From: a virus
Taxonomy: Duplodnaviria; Caudoviricetes
IMG/VR virus record: IMGVR_UViG_3300035182_000650
Span: 1 to 37,021 of that record
Reading direction: 5' to 3' (one strand)
DNA: 37,021 nucleotides
Below are positions 15,379-25,425 of the stretch, in pieces. Both the position numbers and the translations under genes were made by a program. A model generated the notes under the pieces. The model did no database searches and had not been told where the DNA came from. It saw only the letters and a program-made list of their open reading frames with translations. The stretch's first letter is position 1, and every line of letters begins with the position of its first letter.

Positions 15379-16742
15379 GCCTGAAAAAAGCAGCAGCAAA
15401 AGTGCAGATGATGGACAGACCCCAAAGGTCCTATGATTACCCTGTCACGCCCCCACGGTTGTTGCGCGGCGTTGCCCCGGCATCCGCCCCCGTAATGGCG
15501 ATGGATTCGCCAGCTTATACCGAATTCCAGTATTCGGGCGGTGGTTTCCCCGGATTCCCTTATTTGGCGCAACTGGCTACCCGCTCCGAGTTCCGGGCGT
15601 TCGCAGCAGCACTGTCAACGGAATTGACGAGGGAATGGATAGAGCTGACATCAAGCCAAGAGGATGACAGCGCAGGCGAAAAACTCAAGGCGATTGAGGC
15701 TGAATTCAAACGGTTGAACCTGCGCGGCGTTATTCAAAAAGCGGCAGAACATGATTGCCTGTTCGGGCGCGGTCAAATCTATCTGGACATTGCAGGGGCG
15801 GACTCTAAAACTCCGCTGATATTATCCCCCAAGACCATTGGTCCGGGGGCGATAAACGCAATAAAAACGATTGAGGCGGTATGGACAACACCATCGGCAT
15901 ATAACAGCAATGACCCTACCGCTCCCGACTTCTACGCGCCTACAGGCTGGTATGTGCTGGGAAAAGAGGTACATGCGTCCCGGTTAATGACTATCGTCAC
16001 GCGCCCCCTTCCCGACATCCTCAAGCCGGCGTTCAATTTCGCCGGAATGTCTCTGAGCCAACTCGCCGAGCCATACGTTGACAACTGGTTGCGTACACGT
16101 CAAAGCGTTTCAGATCTGATAAGCAACTTTTCCATTACGGCACTTGCCACGGCGATGGATCAGGTTTTGCAGGGTGATGACGACGGGCAAGACCTGATTA
16201 ACCGAGCCACCCTGTTCACGACTCTGCGCAGTAACAAGGGGTTGATGCTCATTGACAAAGAGCGTGAGGAATTAATCCAAATAAATACCCCTCTTTCTGG
16301 GCTACATGAATTACAATCACAAGCGCAGGAACAGATGTGCAGCGTGTCTCGTCTGCCAGCCATCATCCTGACGGGTATCAGCCCCAGTGGGTTAAATGCC
16401 AGCAGCGATGGAGAGGTTAGGGCGTTTTACGACTGGATAGCCGCACAGCAGGAAAGCCACTGGCGGAGACCGATTGAAACCGTTTTATCACTGGTGCAAC
16501 TGTCTCTATTTGGCGAGATTGACCCAGATATTGGCTTTAATTTCATGCCACTTTACCAAATGAGCGCAGCCGAGCTGGCGGGTATCCGCGCGCAGGATGC
16601 CAACACCGCAGCCACGTACATTGACAGGGGTGTGCTTGACCCGCAAGAGGAGCGGGAACGGCTGGCACACAGCAAGGACAGCGGATACCATGGACTAGAT
16701 GTTGATGCGATGCCGGAGATTGAACCCGATGAAGAAGCCTAA
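15375..16742 (+). CDS. portal protein (DUF1073 family)
   Basis: Follows terL; VHASR, G.SLSQL, LSGL, LTGISPSGLNASSDGE..FYD, F.F.PLYQ motifs. Confidence 0.9.
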   Translation: MSLKKAAAKVQMMDRPQRSYDYPVTPPRLLRGVAPASAPVMAMDSPAYTEFQYSGGGFPGFPYLAQLATRSEFRAFAAALSTELTREWIELTSSQEDDSAGEKLKAIEAEFKRLNLRGVIQKAAEHDCLFGRGQIYLDIAGADSKTPLILSPKTIGPGAINAIKTIEAVWTTPSAYNSNDPTAPDFYAPTGWYVLGKEVHASRLMTIVTRPLPDILKPAFNFAGMSLSQLAEPYVDNWLRTRQSVSDLISNFSITALATAMDQVLQGDDDGQDLINRATLFTTLRSNKGLMLIDKEREELIQINTPLSGLHELQSQAQEQMCSVSRLPAIILTGISPSGLNASSDGEVRAFYDWIAAQQESHWRRPIETVLSLVQLSLFGEIDPDIGFNFMPLYQMSAAELAGIRAQDANTAATYIDRGVLDPQEERERLAHSKDSGYHGLDVDAMPEIEPDEEA

Positions 16743-17502
16743 AACTGCCCGTGCTGTCTCTGCCAACCGTGGGCTAGAAGCCAAATACCGCAAAGCGTTG
16801 GTGAAGCTGATCGACGAAATGCAGCGCTCCATGATTTACTGGCTGGGGGCGCAATACAACAAAGCGCCGCCGATTATGGCAGGTGATGCCAGCCCCGTGC
16901 ATTACGTGAGTAATCTCATGCAGTCACTGGCGGCTAGCTGGACAAAGCGGTTTGACGCCTACGCAGACAAGCTGGCGGATTACTATGTTAACGGCATGTT
17001 TCGCAGCTCCGACCGTGCGTTACGCCAATCTCTCAAGGATGCCGGTTGGTCGGTTGATTTTGAAATGACCGGCGCCATGCGAGATGCCCTTAACGCCACA
17101 ATTGCCGAAAACGTCGGGCTGATACGCACTATCCCGCAGCAGTATCTACAGCAGGTCGAGGGCGTGGTGATGCGCTCGTACACGCAAGGGCGCGATTTAG
17201 AGACCATGGTTAAAGACCTGAAAGCCCTGTACCCGAAGGCAAGCCATCGGGCGGAACTGATTGCGCGCGACCAGTCTAACAAGGCCAACTCTGTTGTCCA
17301 ACGGACAAGGCAACTGGAGCTTGGCATAACAGAGGCTGTTTGGATGCACTCTCACGCGGGAAAGAATCCACGCCCCGACCACGTAGCAGCAAATGGAAAG
17401 AAGTACCGCATTGCTGAGGGGTGTTTGATTTCAGGGGAATATATCCAGCCGGGATATGAAATAAATTGCAGGTGTACAAGCCGTCCGGTATTGCCGATAT
17501 GA
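16729..17502 (+). CDS. head morphogenesis protein (MuF / SPP1 gp7-like)
   Basis: ENVGLI, RAELIARDQ, W.HS...PRPDH, PG.EINCRC. Confidence 0.9.
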   Translation: MKKPKTARAVSANRGLEAKYRKALVKLIDEMQRSMIYWLGAQYNKAPPIMAGDASPVHYVSNLMQSLAASWTKRFDAYADKLADYYVNGMFRSSDRALRQSLKDAGWSVDFEMTGAMRDALNATIAENVGLIRTIPQQYLQQVEGVVMRSYTQGRDLETMVKDLKALYPKASHRAELIARDQSNKANSVVQRTRQLELGITEAVWMHSHAGKNPRPDHVAANGKKYRIAEGCLISGEYIQPGYEINCRCTSRPVLPI

Positions 17503-19622
17503 TAAAAACAGATGATAATGCCGAAATGAAAACCATTCTTGCTTTTGACGAACAACGTACCGCGAACGATGCCGGAGAGCATTGGATAACTGTGCACCCA
17601 AACGGTAAAGGCGTTAATAATTCAGGCGGCGATATTGTAGGCTCTCATGTGCAGCTTGATGGTTCTGGAAAAATCGTTTCTGGCATGGGAGGGAGGTTTA
17701 ACGGTAAGCACATCTCTGAGGCAAAAGCCGGGAAACAGAGTGCGCAAACGGAAAAAAAAGACCCAACAGAGCCAAATTCTGAAGAATCAAAACCATCAGA
17801 ACCAAGCATTAAAGAAGGACATTTCCGCCGACAAACGCCACTGAAAGTACATAAGCAGACTGATAAAGCGGTTGCGGTCGAAAACAAGAAATATGACCCC
17901 AGCAAGTGGGACAGTCAAAAATATATCTGGCTACCAAAAAATGACGTGTCTGTTCAAAACGGCGAAATACACGGCGTATCCCCTTGGCTTGCTGAGAAGT
18001 ATAAGATGAAGGTATCTGAAAAAGACGCCGAATCCTTGAAAAAAACCAAATCTGAGCGAGCCTATCTTAACGTCAAGTACGATGACCGTAACGAGGCAAA
18101 GAAAGCGGGTGCGAAATGGGACGGAGAAAAAAAGAAGTGGTATCACGAAGGCGGTGATTTGCCCGATGGCCTTAAGCGGTTTTCTGGGTCTTCCTCCTCA
18201 TCAGCATCCTCTTCCCGCTCGTCAAGCCAGGCATTATCAGGAGCTACGCGGCAAGAGACAGCCAATCTTGATGAGCTGACATCAGAAAAAGACATTATTT
18301 CTCACATCGAAGACCTAAAAAAACGTCAAGCTCGATACAATAATGTCATGAACGAAGGCTATTCCGATAGCTACAACCCATACAATGAAAAACTGCAAAA
18401 AGCCCGTGAAAAGCTGTACACAATAAAAATGCAAGGAATGGCAAAAGATAGCGATGGCTCAGATGACCCGCTAAATTATGATGAGTATGACCCATTTGCT
18501 TTTGACCACTCCTCCCGCACCGTTGACGCTGACGGTCGTTTGCATGTGGACAAGTCTCACATCAGCAAAGCCGCGATAAACCCATACTACGGGCGAGAAA
18601 TCCCGCAATGGGAGGAGTTGGGTCTGAAACCCGGACAGGTTTACAAACTTTACCGAGACCCGGCAGAGCTGGCAAAAGCCGCCCCAACCTTTGCCCGTTT
18701 GCCAATCTTGAAGGAACACATCCCCGTCACTGTTGACGCACCCCGACCTGATTTGGTCATCGGTGCAATCGGCTCTAACGTCGAGTTTAACGCGCCCTAT
18801 CTTGATGCCGATCTGGTGTTCTGGGATGCCACCGCCATCGCCGGAATTGAGACCGATACCGTGCGAGAGTTATCATGCTCCTATCGCTACGTTGCTGACA
18901 TGACCCCGGGCGATGTGGGCGGAGAACACTATGACGGACGCATGACTGAAATCAGAGGAAATCACTTGGCACTTGTTGAAGTCGGCCGTGCCGGTGCTGA
19001 TGTGATTGTTTCCGACTCCAACCCATTTACCAAGGGAACCCCAGAAATGAAACGAAAAGCCACTATCAAGGCGGCAGTGCTGGCAAAAGATGCCACACTT
19101 TCAGCCGAGCAGCTCGACAACGTGATTGATGCCCTGATTGGCGTCGAAGATGAGCCAGAGGCGTCAACGCCCCCGCCCGCTGCCGTGGATGAATCCCCTG
19201 CGGAAAAGGTCAAAAGCATGTTGTCGGGCAAGGTTGATGATGCCACCATTTCCGCCATCTGCGACCTGATTGCACAGCCGGAAGCCAACGACAAAGACCC
19301 TAATGACGATGACAAGGTGAGCAAAGAAGACGTGAAGGCCGCGATGGATGCCATGCGTCAAGAATTCCGTGATGCGACCGAAGCACGCGCCGCTGTGCGC
19401 CGTGTTGTGGGTGATGTTATTGCGATGGATTCGGCGGCTGACATCTACGGCTTTGCGCTTGATCATTTGAAGGTCGATCACAAAGGCGTTACCGGCCTGC
19501 CAGCACTCAAAGCCCTGCTGAAGGTTGCAACCGGAAAATCACAATCCGCTCCCATCGTTGCCCGTGATTCAGCGGGAGCGGTTTCAAAATTCCCGGGAAT
19601 CTCCCGGTTTAAGACAGTTTAA
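17499..19622 (+). CDS. prohead protease/scaffold (DUF2213) with a ~330 aa N-terminal extension containing a DUF5710-like domain
   Basis: DUF2213 region from ~18495 (FAFD..R..D.DGRL, Y.GREIP, ELSCSY, GNHLALVEVGRAG), acidic scaffold tail. Extension has WITVHPNG... and YLNV.Y.DR.EAK.AGAKWD...K.WY. ATG 17499 overlaps the MuF stop. Confidence 0.88.
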   Translation: MIKTDDNAEMKTILAFDEQRTANDAGEHWITVHPNGKGVNNSGGDIVGSHVQLDGSGKIVSGMGGRFNGKHISEAKAGKQSAQTEKKDPTEPNSEESKPSEPSIKEGHFRRQTPLKVHKQTDKAVAVENKKYDPSKWDSQKYIWLPKNDVSVQNGEIHGVSPWLAEKYKMKVSEKDAESLKKTKSERAYLNVKYDDRNEAKKAGAKWDGEKKKWYHEGGDLPDGLKRFSGSSSSSASSSRSSSQALSGATRQETANLDELTSEKDIISHIEDLKKRQARYNNVMNEGYSDSYNPYNEKLQKAREKLYTIKMQGMAKDSDGSDDPLNYDEYDPFAFDHSSRTVDADGRLHVDKSHISKAAINPYYGREIPQWEELGLKPGQVYKLYRDPAELAKAAPTFARLPILKEHIPVTVDAPRPDLVIGAIGSNVEFNAPYLDADLVFWDATAIAGIETDTVRELSCSYRYVADMTPGDVGGEHYDGRMTEIRGNHLALVEVGRAGADVIVSDSNPFTKGTPEMKRKATIKAAVLAKDATLSAEQLDNVIDALIGVEDEPEASTPPPAAVDESPAEKVKSMLSGKVDDATISAICDLIAQPEANDKDPNDDDKVSKEDVKAAMDAMRQEFRDATEARAAVRRVVGDVIAMDSAADIYGFALDHLKVDHKGVTGLPALKALLKVATGKSQSAPIVARDSAGAVSKFPGISRFKTV

Positions 19623-19634
19623 GGAGGGCAGGTT

Positions 19635-20108
19635 ATGCCATTTCAAAAGAGCGTGAATACGTACCCAGCCCCGGCGAATGCGGGTGATTTTGCCAGTAGT
19701 AACCCGCGTGCAAGCGTCGTAAGCCCTGAGAGCGGTTTTGTTGCTGCAACGGGCGGCGTGACGGTCGGTCGATTTGCGTGGGCAACAGGCACAACCGTTG
19801 CAAACACAGGCGCTGGCGCACCTACGGGGTTTGTCCACCGTGATCAGCAAGCCAGCATCACCACCTATCTGGCAGAGTCGGGCAATGCCGTGCTGCAAGG
19901 CCAGCCCGTCACCCTGATGAGCATTGGCGATTACTGGTTTACTGCCAACACCAACGCTGCGGTCGTCGGGCAAAAGGTGTTCGCAAAGCTAACAGACGGT
20001 TCAACCCAGACAGGCGCGGCTGGCGCCATCATCTCCGGTTTCGTCGAAACCCCATTTGTCGTATCGCAAGCGTGCCTGACGGGCGAACTTGCCGTAATGA
20101 GCCTGTAA
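19635..20108 (+). CDS. head decoration / cement protein
   Basis: Between protease and major capsid; FQ..VN...A....GDFAS.NP, G.T.GRFAW, GDYW motifs. Confidence 0.75.
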   Translation: MPFQKSVNTYPAPANAGDFASSNPRASVVSPESGFVAATGGVTVGRFAWATGTTVANTGAGAPTGFVHRDQQASITTYLAESGNAVLQGQPVTLMSIGDYWFTANTNAAVVGQKVFAKLTDGSTQTGAAGAIISGFVETPFVVSQACLTGELAVMSL

Positions 20109-20118
20109 GGAGTAACTC

Positions 20119-21159
20119 ATGGATCCAGTATTACAAAGCCTTGCCGAAGCGGCAGGCATCCACTTTATGGGCGTGCTCCCCCAGTGGCAGCCTGATAACT
20201 TACGTTTGCATTATGCTCATGACGGCGGGTTTGCGTGCGATGCGCAGCCGACCATGATTACGTCAAGCAACAGCGGCATTCCCGCGTTCCTTTCCACGTT
20301 CGTTGACCCCAAGCTGATCGAAGTGCTGGTCAGCCCTATGAAGGCGGTCGAGATCGTTGGGCAGGAGGTTAAGAAAGGGGATTGGACAACCGAAACCGCC
20401 ATGTTCAGCATGATAGAATCGACAGGTCAAACCACGGCTTACGGCGACTACAACGAAACCGGAAGCACGGGCGTTAATGCAAACTTCCCGCAGCGTCAAA
20501 GTTTCCACTACCAAACCGTGACCCAATGGGGTGAGCGCGAGCTTGAACGCGCAGGTCTGGCTAAGATCGACTTCGCTAACCGACTGAACATCGCCAGCGC
20601 AATGACCCTGAATAAATTTCAGAACAAGGCGTACTTCAATGGCATCGCTGGTTTGCAGAACTATGGATTGCTGAATGACCCGCAATTAAACGCGGCAATT
20701 GTGCCTACGACCAAAGCAGCAACCGGAACAAGCTGGACAGTTGCCACTGCGCTGGAAATCCTCGCGGACATCCAGAAGCTGTTTAAGCAGCTACAGACGA
20801 AAAGCGGCGGTTTGATTGAGCTGGATACCAAAATGACGCTGGCTATGTCCCCGTCATCCGAAGTATACCTTACCAACACGACCACTTATAACGTGTCTGT
20901 GGCGGATATACTGAAAAAGAATTTCCCCGGAATGACCGTCAAGACCGCCCCTGACTACAGCACGGGCGGTGGTGAGTTATTACAGTTGATTGTCGATGAA
21001 TATGAAGGTCAGCGCACGGCGGAATGTGCATTCACCGAGAAAATGCGTGCGCACCCTGTTGTGATTGGGTCATCCAGCTTCCGGCAGAAAAAATCTCAGG
21101 GTGTTTGGGGAACGATCATCTACCTTCCTGTGTTCATCGCTCAAATGTTGGGGGTTTAA
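20119..21159 (+). CDS. major capsid protein (DUF2184 family)
   Basis: 346 aa; FVDPKLIEVL, KKGDW, WGERELE, YF.G..GL.NYGLLNDP, G.WG.II..P. Confidence 0.92.
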   Translation: MDPVLQSLAEAAGIHFMGVLPQWQPDNLRLHYAHDGGFACDAQPTMITSSNSGIPAFLSTFVDPKLIEVLVSPMKAVEIVGQEVKKGDWTTETAMFSMIESTGQTTAYGDYNETGSTGVNANFPQRQSFHYQTVTQWGERELERAGLAKIDFANRLNIASAMTLNKFQNKAYFNGIAGLQNYGLLNDPQLNAAIVPTTKAATGTSWTVATALEILADIQKLFKQLQTKSGGLIELDTKMTLAMSPSSEVYLTNTTTYNVSVADILKKNFPGMTVKTAPDYSTGGGELLQLIVDEYEGQRTAECAFTEKMRAHPVVIGSSSFRQKKSQGVWGTIIYLPVFIAQMLGV

Positions 21160-21161
21160 TT

Positions 21162-21464
21162 GTGGCTACTATTCATTGCAAATTACCGTGCGGCATTGTG
21201 CTCGAATTGGGCGAAAAATCCATCGAGCTGAATGGCGTTAACAAGGCGTCAATCATTGGCGCTGATTACGGCACAACCGAAGTTGACGATGGCTTTTGGT
21301 CGGAATGGGTAAAGGCGAATAAAGAATTCGCCCCGTTCAAATCTGGCGCTATTTTTTCCGCCAAAGCAGCGGACGCTGAAGCAAAGTCGACAGACCAGCC
21401 CAAAACAGGGCTGGAGCCAATTGACCCAGCAGCGTCTAGCGTCACCCCCGCAACGGCTGGCTAA
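21162..21464 (+). CDS. hypothetical virion-associated protein
   Basis: Probable GTG start at 21162; CKLP.G..L, YG.TEVD..FW..W, KTGLEP pattern seen after the capsid gene in this phage group. Confidence 0.65.
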   Translation: MATIHCKLPCGIVLELGEKSIELNGVNKASIIGADYGTTEVDDGFWSEWVKANKEFAPFKSGAIFSAKAADAEAKSTDQPKTGLEPIDPAASSVTPATAG

Positions 21465-21853
21465 TGGCTATCGTCTCGTTTGACCCGACTGCATTCAAAA
21501 TCCGTTACCCAGCATTTGCTGGCGTGGCGGATGCAATGTTGACTGCGTGTTTTAATGACGCGGGGTTTTACCTGTCAAACAGTGACGGTAGCCCCGTACA
21601 AGACGTTGGCCGCCGGGAGCGGCTGCTATGGATGGTAACAGCGCACATCGCATACTTGGGTGGCGCATTGTCGGCTGATGGGTTGCCCCGTCCTGTCGGC
21701 ATTATGACATCAGCCACGGAGGGCAGTGTGTCCATTGGTATTGCCGCACCTACAGCCACGCCCGGAAGCGGTGAGTGGTTTAAGCAGACCCAGTGGGGCG
21801 CACAATTTTGGCAGGCGACTACGGCATTGCGGGGTTTCCGATGGGTGTGTTAA
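21464..21853 (+). CDS. head-tail adaptor (DUF4054 family)
   Basis: FD..AF..RYP.F, L....AHIA.L, SATEGSVS, WF.QT.WG..FW. Confidence 0.85.
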   Translation: MAIVSFDPTAFKIRYPAFAGVADAMLTACFNDAGFYLSNSDGSPVQDVGRRERLLWMVTAHIAYLGGALSADGLPRPVGIMTSATEGSVSIGIAAPTATPGSGEWFKQTQWGAQFWQATTALRGFRWVC

Positions 21854-22275
21854 TCGGTGGTGATAGGGTCATGAGACGATTGGCGGAAATCGCCGAACAG
21901 ATGGGCGGTGGGCGTGTGTCCGTCGGATTTATGTCCGGTGCAACGTATCCCGACGGCACGCCTGTTGCGGCTGTTGCGGCATCCAACGAGTACGGCATCC
22001 CGACCAAGCACCAGCCACCACGCCCGTTTTTCCGCAACATGATTGCCAAAGAATCACCTACGTGGGGCGATAAACTGGCGCATCTTGCTCCTATGGGTGG
22101 GCATACAGCACTGTCCCTGATGGGTGAGGACATAGCAGGTGCGCTGAAACAGTCAATCAATGACCTGACCGACCCGCCACTTGCCGCCCGAACGATTGCC
22201 GAGAAGGGCTTTGCAAAACCATTGATCGACACGTCACACATGATTAACTCTGTAACCTATGTTGTGGAGGATTAA
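21841..22275 (+). CDS. neck / tail completion protein
   Basis: VGF...ATYPDGTPVA.VA..NEYG, PPRPFFR, KGF.KPLIDT.HM.NSV. Confidence 0.75.
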   Translation: MGVLIGGDRVMRRLAEIAEQMGGGRVSVGFMSGATYPDGTPVAAVAASNEYGIPTKHQPPRPFFRNMIAKESPTWGDKLAHLAPMGGHTALSLMGEDIAGALKQSINDLTDPPLAARTIAEKGFAKPLIDTSHMINSVTYVVED

Positions 22276-22637
22276 TGGAATTACGCGGCATTGCCAACGG
22301 CGCAATACAGCCAATCAATGGCAATATCCTTGTGACATGGACGCGCCCCGATGGTACGTTTTTGACGGATTCAGTAGGACACAGGACGGCAAACACAACG
22401 TCGTCCACGGTTGCAGCACAGGTGCAAGCCCTGTCGGCTAATGACCTGCAACACATTGATGGTCTCAATATTCAGGGCATCAAACGGGCTGTGTATATGT
22501 ACGGAGATGTACAGGGCATTGTCCGTGCCGACCAAAAAGGCGGTGACATGCTCAACTTCGGCGGGCATGACTGGCGCGTGGTGCAGGTGCTCGAAACGTG
22601 GTCTAACTGGTGCAAAGTAGTAGTGGTGATGCAATGA
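22275..22637 (+). CDS. head closure / neck protein
   Basis: Position; AQVQAL...DL.H..GLNIQG, GGD, W.V..VLE.W..W. Confidence 0.7.
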   Translation: MELRGIANGAIQPINGNILVTWTRPDGTFLTDSVGHRTANTTSSTVAAQVQALSANDLQHIDGLNIQGIKRAVYMYGDVQGIVRADQKGGDMLNFGGHDWRVVQVLETWSNWCKVVVVMQ

Positions 22638-23116
22638 CACAAAACGATGTTTTAACTGCGTTACGCGCATTCCTGCTGCTGATCGTTCCGGCTGGTACAC
22701 AAGTCATAGCGGCTCAAGATAACGGTGTGCCTATGCCGCTCGACCCGTTTATCTCGATGAATTTAATCAGCGTTGAGCGGCTATCCACCAATCATACGGA
22801 CTATCCCGGCACGAATGAAGCGCTGCAAACCGCACCCAGCAAAATCACAGTGCAACTTGATTGCTACGGTGCAGATTCGGGAGACACGGCGGCTCGGATT
22901 ATGACGATGTTCCGAACCTGTTACGCGGCGGACGATTTTGGTGAACCGTGCCAACCACTGTACGCTGATGACCCCGTGCAAATACCGCTTATCAACGGCG
23001 AAGAAACGTATGAGCAACGCTGGAAACTATCCGCTGCGTTGCAGTACAACCCACAATATACCCACCCGCAACAGTACGCGGATGCAATTACTATCAATTT
23101 GGAGAGCCTCAAATGA
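22634..23116 (+). CDS. tail terminator / completion protein
   Basis: Directly upstream of the sheath; VQLD.YG, PLYA.DP, E..YE.RW, LQYNP. Confidence 0.7.
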   Translation: MTQNDVLTALRAFLLLIVPAGTQVIAAQDNGVPMPLDPFISMNLISVERLSTNHTDYPGTNEALQTAPSKITVQLDCYGADSGDTAARIMTMFRTCYAADDFGEPCQPLYADDPVQIPLINGEETYEQRWKLSAALQYNPQYTHPQQYADAITINLESLK

Positions 23117-24591
23117 GTATCCCTATTTCGTCCATTGTTCGCATCAACCCCGGCGTATTGTCTGCTGCGGGTAACGCGGTCGACCTTAACGGGCTAATTC
23201 TGACGCAAGACACCGCCGTTCCAGTCGGATCGGTCAAGCCGTTCGTATCCGATGATGACGTTGGCGCGTTTTTCGGGCTGACCAGCACCGAATACAAAAT
23301 GGCGCAAACGTACTTCGCTGGTTTTGTTAATGGCACAAAAACACCGGGCCTGCTGTATTTCGCGCAGTTCAACCCGGCTGCGGCTGCTGGCTACATGCGG
23401 GGTGCAAACCTTGGCACAATGACATTGACGCAACTCAAAGCGTTATCGGGCGTGCTTACTGTCAGTGTCGACGGCGTGGCTAAAACGTCAAGCGCCATCA
23501 CTTTGACAGCGGCAACCAGCTTTAGTAATGCAGCAACGATCATTCAAGCGGCGTTTACATCGCTGGGCGGGACGGTCACTTATGACCAGCAGCGCAACGC
23601 TTTTAAAATCACCAGCTCAACCACTGGCGCAACATCTACCGTATCGTTTGCCACAGGCACGCTATCGGCAGGCTTGATGCTGACAGCGGCAACGGGGGCG
23701 GTAACGTCGGCAGGTGCAGCGATTGCAACACCAGCAACGTTTATGCCGGGTATCATTGCCATCTCTCGAAACTGGGCATTGTTCACGACTACATGGGAGT
23801 CAATCCTAGCTGAAAAACAGGCATTCAGCGACTGGGCGGCAAGTGTTGCGCCTAGATTTGGTTACGTCGGCATGGACTCCGATGTGAACGCGCTGACCTT
23901 GGGCAGTACCGTTACGTGGGGCTACTACCTACAATCGGGCAATGTGTCAGGCTCTATCCCTGTATTCGGGGATGTAACCGCCACTGCGTTTGTATTGGGA
24001 TTTGCCGCATCCCTTGATTTCAACCGCTTGAATGGTCGGGCAACAGCAGCGTTTAAGCAGGGTAGCAACGTCACGCAAACCGTTGTGACGCAAGCTGCGG
24101 CTGATGCGCTCAAGGGCAACGGGTATAACTACTACGGCAATTACGCAACGGCAAACGACCAGTTTGTATTTTTCTATCCCGGCAGTGTGTCGGGCATCTG
24201 GACGTGGCTGGATTCGTACCTCAATCAAATATGGCTGAATGCCAATCTGCAATACAGCATCATTAATTTGATGATTGGTGTAACGTCAATACCCTATAAC
24301 GCGGACGGTTACGCGCTGATTTATGCAGCCTGCCAAGATCCCATTGAAGCTGCGGTGAGCTTCGGCGCAATTCGTCGGGGTGTGGTGTTGTCGCAAAGCC
24401 AAAAGGCGCAAATGCAGTCAGTGTTAGGTGTCGATGTGTCTGCGGTCATGAGTGAAAAAGGCTGGTATTTGCAAATTCAACCCGCAACCGCAGCTATCCG
24501 TGCGGCTCGATCAAGCCCAGTGATGACGCTCTACTACATGGACGGCGGCTCTATCCAGTCCGTAACACTCGCAAGCATTGAGGTGCAATAA
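23113..24591 (+). CDS. tail sheath protein (DUF3383 family)
   Basis: 492 aa; IP.S.IV.I.PGVL, V..FFG..S.EY..A..YF, NGYNYYG, WLDSY, IPYN..G, Y.DGGSIQ. Confidence 0.9.
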   Translation: MSIPISSIVRINPGVLSAAGNAVDLNGLILTQDTAVPVGSVKPFVSDDDVGAFFGLTSTEYKMAQTYFAGFVNGTKTPGLLYFAQFNPAAAAGYMRGANLGTMTLTQLKALSGVLTVSVDGVAKTSSAITLTAATSFSNAATIIQAAFTSLGGTVTYDQQRNAFKITSSTTGATSTVSFATGTLSAGLMLTAATGAVTSAGAAIATPATFMPGIIAISRNWALFTTTWESILAEKQAFSDWAASVAPRFGYVGMDSDVNALTLGSTVTWGYYLQSGNVSGSIPVFGDVTATAFVLGFAASLDFNRLNGRATAAFKQGSNVTQTVVTQAAADALKGNGYNYYGNYATANDQFVFFYPGSVSGIWTWLDSYLNQIWLNANLQYSIINLMIGVTSIPYNADGYALIYAACQDPIEAAVSFGAIRRGVVLSQSQKAQMQSVLGVDVSAVMSEKGWYLQIQPATAAIRAARSSPVMTLYYMDGGSIQSVTLASIEVQ

Positions 24592-25022
24592 TGGCAACGA
24601 TTACCAGCGCTAACAGCACGTTAGCAATCTCGATTACTGGCCTGTTCCAAGCGCCGCAGAACATTAAGGGCTATGCTAGTGATGATGCATTTACGGCTGA
24701 TGCGCTTGAAATGGCGGAGGTCGTCATGGGTGTTGATGGGCATTTGTCAGCGGGTTTTGTGTTTAGCCAGGTCAAACAGACCATTACCATTATGCCCGAC
24801 AGTCCGTCCATTCCGTTTTTCGACACATGGGCGAGTGCTGAAAAGGCGGTTCATGAGAAGTACGTGGCAAATGCAACCGCCATACTCCCTGCTGTTGGAA
24901 AAAAGTACACCATGACTAATGGCTACCTGACCACAGTCCCCGTCATGCCGTCTGTCAAAAAGACGCTGCAACCACAGGTGTACGTGATTACGTGGGAGAG
25001 TGTGACAGGTGAGGCAGCATAA
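24591..25022 (+). CDS. tail tube protein
   Basis: Follows the sheath; TITSANS, G...DD.F, MGVDG.LSAG, PDSPS. Confidence 0.8.
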   Translation: MATITSANSTLAISITGLFQAPQNIKGYASDDAFTADALEMAEVVMGVDGHLSAGFVFSQVKQTITIMPDSPSIPFFDTWASAEKAVHEKYVANATAILPAVGKKYTMTNGYLTTVPVMPSVKKTLQPQVYVITWESVTGEAA

Positions 25023-25417
25023 TGGCAAGATATACTAAGACATTCACGGCGACAGACGGGCGTGACAAAGGCAAGATGTTTTTGATCACCGAAATGTCAA
25101 CTTATCACTCCGAACGTTGGGCACTCCGCGTCATGTCTGCAATGGCCCTGTCGGGGTTTGAGGTCCCGGACGTCTCCAGCGGAATGGCAGCGATTGCCGG
25201 TAACATCATTGGTGCAGTGATGCGCATAGGGCACAAGGAATACGAGCCGCTGCTAGATGAGATGCTGGAATGCGTGAGGATCATTCCGGATGCGAAAAAC
25301 CCAAGCTTTACCCGCGAACTGTTTAAGGATGACATTGAAGAACTTCCGACTATTTTCAAGCTACGTGGTCATATTTTTGACCTGCACACCCTTTTTTTAA
25401 AAGCCGAAAGTCAATAG
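25022..25417 (+). CDS. tail assembly chaperone (gpG-like)
   Basis: Between tube and tape measure; GRDKGK.F.ITEM, DDIEE..TI..LR....LH..F; slippery T-TTT-TTA near the 3' end. Confidence 0.8.
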   Translation: MARYTKTFTATDGRDKGKMFLITEMSTYHSERWALRVMSAMALSGFEVPDVSSGMAAIAGNIIGAVMRIGHKEYEPLLDEMLECVRIIPDAKNPSFTRELFKDDIEELPTIFKLRGHIFDLHTLFLKAESQ

Positions 25418-25425
25418 ATTTCGGG

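Noticed and set aside
15375-16742. Anti-CBASS Acb1 annotation sometimes attached to DUF1073 proteins
   Set aside because: Position and length fit a plain portal protein, and no fused 2H-phosphoesterase (paired HxT) domain is visible.
19265-19274. In-window target of the TnpB guide (CCTGATTGCA)
   Set aside because: Only 10 nt match and the TAM of this element is unknown; compatible with chance.
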